DNA of 48,753 bases from assembly GCA_002720275.1 (NCBI GenBank), contig PBHR01000034.1, positions 5,233-53,985 on the forward strand, read 5' to 3'. The notes under the pieces were generated by a model. It saw only the letters and a list, made by a program, of their open reading frames with translations. It was not told the origin of the DNA and did not search any database. Source of the stretch: Methanobacteriota archaeon. GTDB taxonomy: Archaea; Thermoplasmatota; Poseidoniia; Poseidoniales; Poseidoniaceae. Each line of letters opens with the position of its first letter. Position 1 is the first letter of the stretch. The position numbers and the translations under genes were made by a program. Positions 17,468 through 26,201 of the stretch are shown one piece after another.

Positions 17468-20218
17468 ATGGGATTATTAGGTAATTTGGGTAGAGTTGCT
17501 GAAACCTACATGAATGAAAAAGAAAGATTACTAGAATCCGAAGATTCCGAAATCAGAAAAAGAACTTTTATGGGTCATTTATTATGGCCTCATGAAGTAT
17601 TAAGAGATACTATTATATTTTTATCAATAATTGCCACCCTCTCTTTCTATTCATACCTCATACCTCCTCCATTACACTCTGCTGCCGACCCTATTGCTCA
17701 AGCAGGTTTTGTTTTCCCTGATTGGTACGTTCTTTTCAGTTACGGTTACCTTAGATGGGGAGAATATCTCCCACAATTTGACGTGCCTTTAGGACCTATT
17801 GGAGATTTCTTCAACCAACCTATTTACCCAATGAATGCTGGAGCATGGGGGATTATGCTGACGGGATTACCTGTTGGGATTCTTGCATTGCCTCCGATTC
17901 TTGGAGGAACTGCAAAAAGAGGTGTTGAAGATCCTTGGTTTGCAACTGCAGGTGTAATCTATTTGGCACATGTATGGTTTATCAGCGTATTCTCAATAAA
18001 CATCTTCTTAGATTTATATGGTAAGAATAGAACTGATTCTTGCGGAGTGGACCACGGAGAATTAATATGTGGAGTAAGAGAACCATGGCTTGCGGAAGTT
18101 TTCAATGCAATACCTTGGATATTAACGGGTATTTTAATTTGGATTTTGATTTATTTTGCTGCAAGAATGTTCTTGGTCAATAGTATCGGCGCTAGGACAA
18201 CACCAACAATTAGTAAAAATTTGATTATTGGTGGATTTGTAATTGCACTTCTAGTTAGTGTTTCTACTTATGATTACTATGAAAGAGGTTTTTGGGAAGT
18301 TAAAGGCCTTGGTGCAATGGATGATATCGAAACATTAGAAAAAATGTATGATCAACCACTTGATTATGTCATAGAATATGATAATGAATGGGCTGTAGAA
18401 GGTGATATAATCACAGCAAAAATGAGTTCGAGTTATAAAAATGCATTATATCAACCAACTAATGAATATTTCATAGACTTTTTAGATTCGAATCACCATC
18501 AAAATGAAGATTTGAAAATTAACACATTTTCAACCGAAGGTTCAATCCTAGAAAGTTTTAGTAATTCTGAAAATGAAACCTCAGGAAGTTTTACAATCAC
18601 AAATATGGGCCTTGATAGTGTACCAATAAAAATGAGTTGTAGCGCAAAAACAAGCATTCGTAATGCTGGAACAGTAACTTCATCTTTTGTGCTTTACAAA
18701 AATTCAGAAGAAGTTCTTTCATCTGATTGTTCATTAGATATTGAAAAATTTGTAACACCTGGAGAATATACATGGGAATTAATTATAGATCCTGAAGACA
18801 TCGAATCTGGCTCAGAAATTTACACAAATTACACTGCAAGCATTTCGGCCTTCCAACCATTATTGATTTACAATGAGGGGCACACAATGGAAGGTCAATC
18901 TGTAAACCTAACTACTGAAGAGGATGAATCTTCTTACAGCATGCTTCTAAATCCTGGTTACAAAAAGAATCCAAAAAGTCTTGATGCTAAATTAATTTAC
19001 TCACTATTCATACCATCGGTTACTTTTGGAGCTCTTGCATATGTTGTGCTTAGAGGGATGGCAAGAGGGTATGAATATGAAATGAATAAATGCTACGGTT
19101 GTGATCTTTGTGATGATGCATGCCCAGTACGTCTTTTCAATGCTGGAGATAAATTAAACATAATTTACAACACGTGGAATAATGAAGATGATGGAGTTCC
19201 AATGTATACATGTCTTACATGTTCAGCATGTACAAATGTTTGTCCTCAATTAGTAGATTATGATTCATATGTAGACATAAGAAGATCATTAACGGTTGGT
19301 GTTGCACCAGAAGCTGAAATACCACACACAATTTTAAGAGCTGTTCTAAATGCTGAAATTGATGAAGGTGCAGATGAAAAATTCATCTCTGTTGAGGAAT
19401 ACCCCATTGATTCAAATATCGGCTATTACCCTGGATGTGTGGATTTTATTGATCAAGAAATGGTATTTAGTCATGTAAATGAGGGGACTATGAATCTAGG
19501 AGCCAGTACGACATCTGCATTTACATTATTTGAAGAAATGGGCGAAGAAGTAACTTATCTAGGTAGAGATTTCTTAAAATGCTGTGGTCATGATCAAAAA
19601 TGGCAAGGAATGACAGAAGTATTTGAAAAATTAAAATCATACAACGAAAAGAAATTAAAAGAAAGTGGAATCGATACTTTGGTAAGTAGTTGTGCTGAAT
19701 GTTTCAGAACTTTTGCTAAAGATTATGAATTAGAAGACATAAAAATTATGCACACTACTGAATTTTTAATTGAAAATGGATTTAATATGAATTTGAAAAC
19801 TGAAGAAGAAACCACAGTTACCTACCATGACCCTTGTAGATTAGGCAGACAAATAGGATTATATGAAGAGCCAAGAAATCTGATTAAAGATGTAGACGGT
19901 GTTGAATTAGTGGAGATGGAGCATCATGGCGAAGATGGATTATGTTGTGGGGTTTCAAGCATGATGGCATGTAATGAAAATAGTAGAACAATTCGTTTAG
20001 AACGGTTTGAAGAAGTTAAAGCCACTGGTGCAGATGTAATGTTAACTTCTTGTCCAAAATGTGTTAGCCACTTTGAATGTCTTAAATTTGAAGGTGATCC
20101 AACCCATAACTTTGAAATCTTAGATGTTGTTACATTTTTAGCAAATCAGGTGAATGAAAAGAAAAATAAAGAACTCTTAGATGTAAACACGAAAGAAACC
20201 ACCGCAATTAGTGCTTAA
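17468..20218 (+). CDS. Fusion: cytochrome b C-terminal/subunit-IV-like membrane domain + ~240-aa extracytoplasmic insert + HdrD/GlpC/DsrK-like 2x[4Fe-4S] and 2xCCG domain
   Basis: aa 1-270 carry PDWYVLFSYGYLRW (PEWY-type motif) and about 5 TM. aa 271-507 are hydrophilic and rich in N-x-S/T. A TM spans aa 508-530. The rest carries CYGCDLCDDACP, CLTCSACTNVCP, YYPGC, KCCGHD, HDPCRLGR, LCCGVSS and SCPKC. Confidence 0.8.
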   Translation: MGLLGNLGRVAETYMNEKERLLESEDSEIRKRTFMGHLLWPHEVLRDTIIFLSIIATLSFYSYLIPPPLHSAADPIAQAGFVFPDWYVLFSYGYLRWGEYLPQFDVPLGPIGDFFNQPIYPMNAGAWGIMLTGLPVGILALPPILGGTAKRGVEDPWFATAGVIYLAHVWFISVFSINIFLDLYGKNRTDSCGVDHGELICGVREPWLAEVFNAIPWILTGILIWILIYFAARMFLVNSIGARTTPTISKNLIIGGFVIALLVSVSTYDYYERGFWEVKGLGAMDDIETLEKMYDQPLDYVIEYDNEWAVEGDIITAKMSSSYKNALYQPTNEYFIDFLDSNHHQNEDLKINTFSTEGSILESFSNSENETSGSFTITNMGLDSVPIKMSCSAKTSIRNAGTVTSSFVLYKNSEEVLSSDCSLDIEKFVTPGEYTWELIIDPEDIESGSEIYTNYTASISAFQPLLIYNEGHTMEGQSVNLTTEEDESSYSMLLNPGYKKNPKSLDAKLIYSLFIPSVTFGALAYVVLRGMARGYEYEMNKCYGCDLCDDACPVRLFNAGDKLNIIYNTWNNEDDGVPMYTCLTCSACTNVCPQLVDYDSYVDIRRSLTVGVAPEAEIPHTILRAVLNAEIDEGADEKFISVEEYPIDSNIGYYPGCVDFIDQEMVFSHVNEGTMNLGASTTSAFTLFEEMGEEVTYLGRDFLKCCGHDQKWQGMTEVFEKLKSYNEKKLKESGIDTLVSSCAECFRTFAKDYELEDIKIMHTTEFLIENGFNMNLKTEEETTVTYHDPCRLGRQIGLYEEPRNLIKDVDGVELVEMEHHGEDGLCCGVSSMMACNENSRTIRLERFEEVKATGADVMLTSCPKCVSHFECLKFEGDPTHNFEILDVVTFLANQVNEKKNKELLDVNTKETTAISA

Positions 20219-20576
20219 ATCAATAATGCTTAAAGTGATTAAAATGACAACTAGTGAAGAGTTGAAAACACGACTTAAGTTAGAACAAATTCGTATTGAA
20301 AGAGTTATGAATCAAGCTAAAGATGAAAAATTGGGGAAAATAAAAGGAGGGGAAGAAATGGTTGCTTTTGTTAATGAAGATGCCTGCATTGGATGCGACC
20401 AATGCCCTACAGTCTGTGATGATGATGCAATTGATATGTACTCAAAACCTCTAAAGAATCCACTAATTGAAGTATCATCCAATCGAAAGGCGAAAATCAT
20501 CAGAGAAGATTGCACAGGTTGTAGATTATGTGTACTAATTTGTCCAACTGACGCTATTACAATGATTGAAAGGTGA
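20211..20576 (+). CDS. 2x[4Fe-4S] ferredoxin
   Basis: Carries CIGCDQCPTVCDDDAI and CTGCRLCVLICPTDAI. The start is uncertain because there are several in-frame Met codons, and the ORF overlaps the upstream stop. Confidence 0.8.
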   Translation: MLKSIMLKVIKMTTSEELKTRLKLEQIRIERVMNQAKDEKLGKIKGGEEMVAFVNEDACIGCDQCPTVCDDDAIDMYSKPLKNPLIEVSSNRKAKIIREDCTGCRLCVLICPTDAITMIER

Positions 20577-20860
20577 TTACATTGGTAAAGAAAACAGACG
20601 CTCAAAGATTTGGTGGAGAGTTTGGCCCTGTGCGAAATAAAGAAACAAAAGGAGTAAGCCTCTCTACTTTCAAAAGTTTAGTTTGGACTTCAAATATCGG
20701 GGGGCTTTTATTAGTCGCAATTTCCCTAGAATTATTTACTAAAGCTAATTGGTTATGGGCCACAATATGTTTGATTTCTGGCATTGTAATAGCATTATTT
20801 CCATCAAATTATGAAATTGTAGGAATGGAAAGTTTTGACAATGCAAATGAACAAGAGTAA
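20573..20860 (+). CDS. small membrane protein (2 TM)
   Basis: 95-aa ORF whose start overlaps the ferredoxin stop. It is the last gene of the co-directional cluster. Confidence 0.4.
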   Translation: MITLVKKTDAQRFGGEFGPVRNKETKGVSLSTFKSLVWTSNIGGLLLVAISLELFTKANWLWATICLISGIVIALFPSNYEIVGMESFDNANEQE

Positions 20861-20869
20861 TAATTATAC

Positions 20870-22054
20870 TTAATTTAATTCTTTACCCATAGCAATAAAG
20901 GATAATTTAGACACTAAATCATACCAATCAAGTTTTCTCTTTTCTAATATTTCTTTATTTACCTCATCAGGTAATAAAAATTTAGAAGAGGGAGTATTTA
21001 GATTTTCAAACTCATTTTTTTTGCTGTTAGATCTAAAAAACCAAACAAGTTCTCTACCCCCAATTGAATAACCAACGGGTTCTAGAATAGATGAATTACT
21101 ACTTAGAGCAGTTGGAACGCCCTCTTGGATTAAGAAATTCTCTGCAGATGTGCCTCCTTTCCCATAAGTTAATCTTTTAATTTTCCTTTTTGATAAATTC
21201 TTAATTTCTTCACCCGACTTAATTGAAATAATTCCCAAACCATATGTGCCTTTATCATTCTTAATAAAAATTTGAGGTTCTGAATCAATACCATATTTTT
21301 CATATTTATTTCTGATCTTTTCAATCAGTTCATCTATTTCTATGGCTAACTTATTAGTACATTCTTCATATTCTAAACATTTATTCTCACTTACAAACCA
21401 CATTGGCATCAATAACCAAGGATCGAGGTCTAAAATCTTAGAAACCTCTTCGACCAATAATTTAAGTTGGAAATAATGTTCTGACTTTTTTCTTTTATGC
21501 CAACCCATTTCAACTGAAGGTTCAACTAAACCTGAAAGACCAGGGACCACTCCTGCTGTTAAATCATTATTCAAAATAATTAAATCTGGTGTTTTTCCTT
21601 CAATCTCTAATTCATCATTACTATTTATTGATACCTTATCAATTCTTAAATCGTCATTAATTCCTTCTAAAAGAGCATATCGATTCAATTCAAGAGAACC
21701 TATTGTAACCTTGTAACCTGCATTTTCAATAATTTCTTTTAATCTTAAAAGATTCTCAACATAACCAAGATTTCGATTATGCGATTCTGGAAAAAGATGT
21801 AAATGTTTAATTTCACCAAACTTATCCAATAAAAATTTTTTGAGAGATTCTGATAAATCCGGGATGGAGCCTGCTGACAAATTATTAAATCCTGCAGGAA
21901 AATAATTTGCATCTACTACAGAGACTTTCCAATTAGAAAAACGTACATCTACACTCCCATAAAACGGCATTTCCACTTCTGCATAATTTTTCAAAAACCA
22001 TTCATTTAATTCATCACGGTTTTTTTGTAAATTTTCATAAAAAGAATCCAACAT
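20870..22054 (-). CDS. gshA: glutamate--cysteine ligase-like protein (GshA, Acidithiobacillus-type family)
   Basis: The N-terminal FYGSVDVRFSNWKVSVVDANYFPAGFNNL and PESHNRN resemble my recollection of the PF08886/TIGR02049 family. This has not been verified by search. Confidence 0.5.
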   Translation of the reverse strand: MLDSFYENLQKNRDELNEWFLKNYAEVEMPFYGSVDVRFSNWKVSVVDANYFPAGFNNLSAGSIPDLSESLKKFLLDKFGEIKHLHLFPESHNRNLGYVENLLRLKEIIENAGYKVTIGSLELNRYALLEGINDDLRIDKVSINSNDELEIEGKTPDLIILNNDLTAGVVPGLSGLVEPSVEMGWHKRKKSEHYFQLKLLVEEVSKILDLDPWLLMPMWFVSENKCLEYEECTNKLAIEIDELIEKIRNKYEKYGIDSEPQIFIKNDKGTYGLGIISIKSGEEIKNLSKRKIKRLTYGKGGTSAENFLIQEGVPTALSSNSSILEPVGYSIGGRELVWFFRSNSKKNEFENLNTPSSKFLLPDEVNKEILEKRKLDWYDLVSKLSFIAMGKELN

Positions 22055-22062
22055 GAGAACAC

Positions 22063-23904
22063 CTACACTAATCTGCTTAGAATCTGATCCACAGTTTTAT
22101 TACTAATATTTGTTTGATAATTTTCCACAAATAAAACCTCAAATAAACCTAAACCTAATGCTAATTCTGGTTGATATGATAACAATTTACTTTGATTTTG
22201 GTATCTTTTGATTAAAATTTCAAGATATGAATTATGCGAAGAAATAAAATCCTCAAACAAAGAGGGGGTTGTTGCTTTTCCAGCAGGCAACTTTGGTCTA
22301 TCCGTAATCGATTTTGGTAGCCCTGTTAATCTTGCTGCATGCCTTAAAGCCAATTTTTCTTCTCCATGAGATGCATTTTTTGAGAGTCGCCAATTAAGAG
22401 GTATCTGTTTTGACTCACCCCAATGCGATTTCCCCAAAAAAGGAACCCTAACTTCTAATGCATGAGCCATAGAATGCCTATCTACAAGCCTTAATTGAAA
22501 ATTTGTAAGTTGGCCTCTTTCCATCTCAAAATCTAAAGTGGATTCTAGTGATGAAAAATCTTCTTCTGGTAATAATCTTTTAGAATTCCAAGGCGCATGT
22601 AATCCTAAATCGTCCTGGTCAATATTATAATCAATTAATTCCAATCTACTTTTTATTAAATTTGAATGTTTCTTTAAATCCTTATACCTTGGATATCCTG
22701 CATGTAATTCATCTGCTCCTTGTCCACATAACCCCACTTTAACATGTTTTGACATTTTTTCAAACAAGGGCTGGAAAAAAAGAACAGTCACATCTAAATC
22801 TTCTCCATGCCAAACTAATTTTGATAATGTCTTTTCAAATGATTTCTCTTCTAATATATGTTGATGATGCTTCAAATCAAATTTTTTAGCAACTAATTCT
22901 GCAGCAACCCAATCTGAATTGTCTTCTGAATCTGCAACTGTCCAACATTCTGGGACTGGTTTATTAGCTTCTTTTGCCGCATCACGAGCTAAAGCTGCTA
23001 CCAAACTAGAGTCCAAACCCCCAGAAAGAACGATTCCTAATGGTACATCAGACATTAAACGGTCAACTAAACTCGATTTGAAACTATTAAGCAAATCTGG
23101 AATTTTATTATTAGGAGTCCAACTATGGCTCAATTCATTAGTATTATTCGAATATTTGGAGATTCCTGTTAAAACCGGACGCCCTAATTTGTCAAGACTC
23201 CAAGTTTCTATAACTCCAGCACCAACCTGATTTACACCTTCAAGTAGAGTTGTACGATCAAGCGGGTATTCATACGCTAATCTTAAATTTAAAGCATTAT
23301 AATCAAATTTTGGAATATAATCTGGATGTGCTGTAAATGCCTTTAATTCACTAGCCACTAACAATGAGTCACCAACCATTGTTCTAAGCAAAGGTTTTAC
23401 TCCCATAGGATCTCTACAGAGGATTAATTCATTACATTTTGAATCCCAAATTGCAAATCCCCAAATCCCATCTAATTTACTAACCCATTCATTATGCCTA
23501 GTTGCTGGATTGTTCTCTGAATTGAAACCTCTAGATACAAGAATTCCTGAACTTGTATTTATTTCTTTAATTTGTTCAAAACTTTTCTTCTTTGAATATT
23601 TACTATAAAGTGCTAATATTGACTCACTATCGCCCTTAGTTTTCCAATTATAAATCCCAGTTTCCTTCTTAATGTGATTTTGATTGTAAATCTCTCCATT
23701 ATGAACTAAAACTGCTCCGTCATCTGAAATAATTGGTTGAAAAGACCCTTTGACATCAACTATTGCTAATCTATTGTGAGCGAGTCCGCATTTTTCGTCA
23801 TACCAAATATTTGAACCATCAGGGCCTCTATGAAATTGTAATTCATTAATTTTCTTTAAAATATCCCCCTCAGGAGAGCCGAGCATAATACCTATACTGC
23901 ACAT
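22063..23904 (-). CDS. asnB: asparagine synthetase-like glutamine amidotransferase (class II Ntn domain + PP-loop synthetase domain)
   Basis: I start it at MCSIGIMLG (Cys2 nucleophile) rather than the ORF-track Met 21 codons upstream. It carries HRGPDG, LAHNRLAIVD and the PP-loop LSGGLDSS. Confidence 0.8.
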   Translation of the reverse strand: MCSIGIMLGSPEGDILKKINELQFHRGPDGSNIWYDEKCGLAHNRLAIVDVKGSFQPIISDDGAVLVHNGEIYNQNHIKKETGIYNWKTKGDSESILALYSKYSKKKSFEQIKEINTSSGILVSRGFNSENNPATRHNEWVSKLDGIWGFAIWDSKCNELILCRDPMGVKPLLRTMVGDSLLVASELKAFTAHPDYIPKFDYNALNLRLAYEYPLDRTTLLEGVNQVGAGVIETWSLDKLGRPVLTGISKYSNNTNELSHSWTPNNKIPDLLNSFKSSLVDRLMSDVPLGIVLSGGLDSSLVAALARDAAKEANKPVPECWTVADSEDNSDWVAAELVAKKFDLKHHQHILEEKSFEKTLSKLVWHGEDLDVTVLFFQPLFEKMSKHVKVGLCGQGADELHAGYPRYKDLKKHSNLIKSRLELIDYNIDQDDLGLHAPWNSKRLLPEEDFSSLESTLDFEMERGQLTNFQLRLVDRHSMAHALEVRVPFLGKSHWGESKQIPLNWRLSKNASHGEEKLALRHAARLTGLPKSITDRPKLPAGKATTPSLFEDFISSHNSYLEILIKRYQNQSKLLSYQPELALGLGLFEVLFVENYQTNISNKTVDQILSRLV

Positions 23905-23927
23905 AAAATCACTCACAATGAGCGTAG

Positions 23928-24053
23928 TCAAACTAAGAAGTTTCCTTTTGTAACAATAATGTAACACATTGCCGCAAAAGAAAATATAAACGCAAATAAG
24001 TATAACCCTTGAGTGGGTTCACGAGGATTATCTTCTGTATTGTTGTCTGACAT
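23928..24053 (-). CDS. candidate 41-aa micro membrane protein (MSDNNTEDNPREPTQGLYLFAFIFSFAAMCYIIVTKGNFLV)
   Basis: An ATG-to-TGA frame read by hand with one hydrophobic helix, ending 23 nt upstream of the proposed asnB start. It is below the ORF-track size cut-off and has no other support. Confidence 0.2.
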   Translation of the reverse strand: MSDNNTEDNPREPTQGLYLFAFIFSFAAMCYIIVTKGNFLV

Positions 24054-24112
24054 ATTACTAACGTAAAGAATACGTTATGTAAATATAACTCAACAATACT
24101 AAGTTTTTAACC

Positions 24113-24748
24113 CTAGATTAATACTAAAGAAGCAATTAGTGGAACAAGAATCATAGTAGCATTATCGTCAATGTATTTCAAAGAAGGCCATTCTGCCATT
24201 ATTGCTAATGGAGGCATTATTAAGGAACACCACAGAGGTGTTTCAAGAAAAATTGAGCTTAAAAACCAAATTAAAAAGGACACTACTAATGCAATTGAAA
24301 TAATTAATTTATCTGAATCTAAAATTTTGCGGGATTCTCCTAATAAGGGATCTACGATTGAAATTGTAAAAATTATTGGTAAACCAATATATGCTTCCTT
24401 ATAACCTCCAAGAGGCGCAAATAAAAAACAAATACAAACCGATACTCCACCCCACGCAAGAGCCGAAATTTGTTTTTTCTCATATTCTCTTTGACCGAAA
24501 ATTGTAATTCCGAAAAATAGCCTTCCTAATTCAACAATCACAATAAATATCAAAAGAGAAGTCACGACAAATTCTCTAGAAATATCTCTTTCCAAAACAG
24601 TTGTTAAATATTCAGCGATGTGATCCCCATACCAATAATAAACAAAAGGGAACACTAACATTGAAACATGGATTAACCTTCTAAAAACATGACCGTTTTT
24701 ACCACCAATTGTATTTTCAAGATGTGCACGACCTGCTGAATTAATCAT
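24113..24748 (-). CDS. polytopic membrane protein; possibly polyprenol/dolichol-kinase-like (CTP-transferase superfamily)
   Basis: 211 aa with about 6 TM. There is only a weak resemblance (VDPLLGESRK, C-terminal DDN) to dolichol/phytol kinase motifs. Confidence 0.4.
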   Translation of the reverse strand: MINSAGRAHLENTIGGKNGHVFRRLIHVSMLVFPFVYYWYGDHIAEYLTTVLERDISREFVVTSLLIFIVIVELGRLFFGITIFGQREYEKKQISALAWGGVSVCICFLFAPLGGYKEAYIGLPIIFTISIVDPLLGESRKILDSDKLIISIALVVSFLIWFLSSIFLETPLWCSLIMPPLAIMAEWPSLKYIDDNATMILVPLIASLVLI

Positions 24749-24749
24749 T

Positions 24750-25625
24750 TTACAACTCCTCTTTCAAATGATTTATTGCTTCATCAAGAGTAATTTGTTC
24801 TGATTCTAATTTTTCAAGAACCTTACTCACATCTTTATGATTCCAAAGTAAATTTTCCCAAGCAAAAGATAATGAGATTCTACTTTTAATTTTATGATTT
24901 TTACCACTTTTTGAAAGTTTTTCCATTTCTAAAAACAATTCTTCAAAGCCTGAATTTTGTTTGGCAGACACCATTAAAATTGGAGGTGAATGATTACTTG
25001 ACAATTGGAATGCTAAACTCAATTGTTCTGCTTTTTCATTTGCTCTTTCAAGATCTGATTTATTTACCAACAAAATATCTGCTAGTTCCATTAACCCTGC
25101 TTTTTCTGCTTGAAGCATGTCTCCTGAATCAGGGGCTTCCACCAATAACAAATATTGAGATACCGCAGCAACCCTGACTTCAGCCTGGCCTGCTCCTACT
25201 GTTTCAATCAATATCTTTTCAAAATTTAAAGCAGACAGCAGATCCAATATGTCACTAATATTACTCGGAATTGCTCCTGACTGTCCTCTTGTAGCCAAAG
25301 ACCTAAAGAAAATATTATCTGAATTGTCTGAATTATTTATTCTAATTCTATCACCTAACAATGCACCTCCACTCAAAGGAGAAGAAGGGTCTACAGCTAA
25401 AACTGCTATTTTTTGATTGTTTTTCAACCAGTCACCAATAATATATTCACAAATACAACTTTTCCCAACTCCTGGTGAACCAGTTATAGCCCAAATTTCA
25501 GCAGTTTTTATGTTAGGAAACTTTTCTTTAATTATAGCACTATTAATTTCTCCACTTTCGATCATACTAATTGTTTTGGATAATGCTCTACGATCACCAG
25601 ATTTTAATTTAATTAAATCCATCAT
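24750..25625 (-). CDS. meaB: methylmalonyl-CoA mutase-associated GTPase MeaB/ArgK
   Basis: Carries GSPGVGKS (P-loop), AVDPSSPLSGGALLGDRIR, ETVGAGQAE and VNKSD (NKxD). Confidence 0.9.
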   Translation of the reverse strand: MMDLIKLKSGDRRALSKTISMIESGEINSAIIKEKFPNIKTAEIWAITGSPGVGKSCICEYIIGDWLKNNQKIAVLAVDPSSPLSGGALLGDRIRINNSDNSDNIFFRSLATRGQSGAIPSNISDILDLLSALNFEKILIETVGAGQAEVRVAAVSQYLLLVEAPDSGDMLQAEKAGLMELADILLVNKSDLERANEKAEQLSLAFQLSSNHSPPILMVSAKQNSGFEELFLEMEKLSKSGKNHKIKSRISLSFAWENLLWNHKDVSKVLEKLESEQITLDEAINHLKEEL

Positions 25626-25634
25626 AACACTTCG

Positions 25635-26084
25635 CTAATCCCAATGCCAATCTGAATCTTCACCACAACCCACTGGCAATGATTCATCTCTTCTTTTTAC
25701 GGCTGAACCAATAAAGTCTGACATCTGAGTGCTAGAAGTCCCTGGTCCAAAAATCGCTCTAACGCCTTTAGAAAACAGATTCCCCCTATCTTTTTCTGGA
25801 ATAATACCTCCGGCAAATACAATCACATCATTACAATCTGAAGCTACAAGCAATTCAACTATTTTTGGAATTAAAAAATTATGAGCACCAGATAATGAAG
25901 AAAGCCCAAGAAAATCTGCATCTTCATCGATTACAGTTCTAACAATCTCTTCTGGAGTTCTTCTAAGGCCTGTGTAAATAACTTCGTGACCTGCATCTCT
26001 TAATGCACGTGCTACAACCTTTGCACCCCTATCGTGTCCATCAAGGCCCGGCTTGGCAATTATTATGCGTAACCGCTCATCCAT
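25635..26084 (-). CDS. methylmalonyl-CoA mutase small subunit (B12-binding domain)
   Basis: Contains KPGLDGHDRGAKVVARALRDAGHEVIYTG, the DxHxxG cobalamin-binding signature. Length is 149 aa. Confidence 0.9.
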   Translation of the reverse strand: MDERLRIIIAKPGLDGHDRGAKVVARALRDAGHEVIYTGLRRTPEEIVRTVIDEDADFLGLSSLSGAHNFLIPKIVELLVASDCNDVIVFAGGIIPEKDRGNLFSKGVRAIFGPGTSSTQMSDFIGSAVKRRDESLPVGCGEDSDWHWD

Positions 26085-26201
26085 GATATACCATAGATGG
26101 TCTCTTTCAAATAGTTTATTTGATTCTCATCTAATATTGTTAATTTATAACTATCATACAAAATCAATATGAGGCTTATGCTCTCTGTTAGGTCTGATAG
26201 A

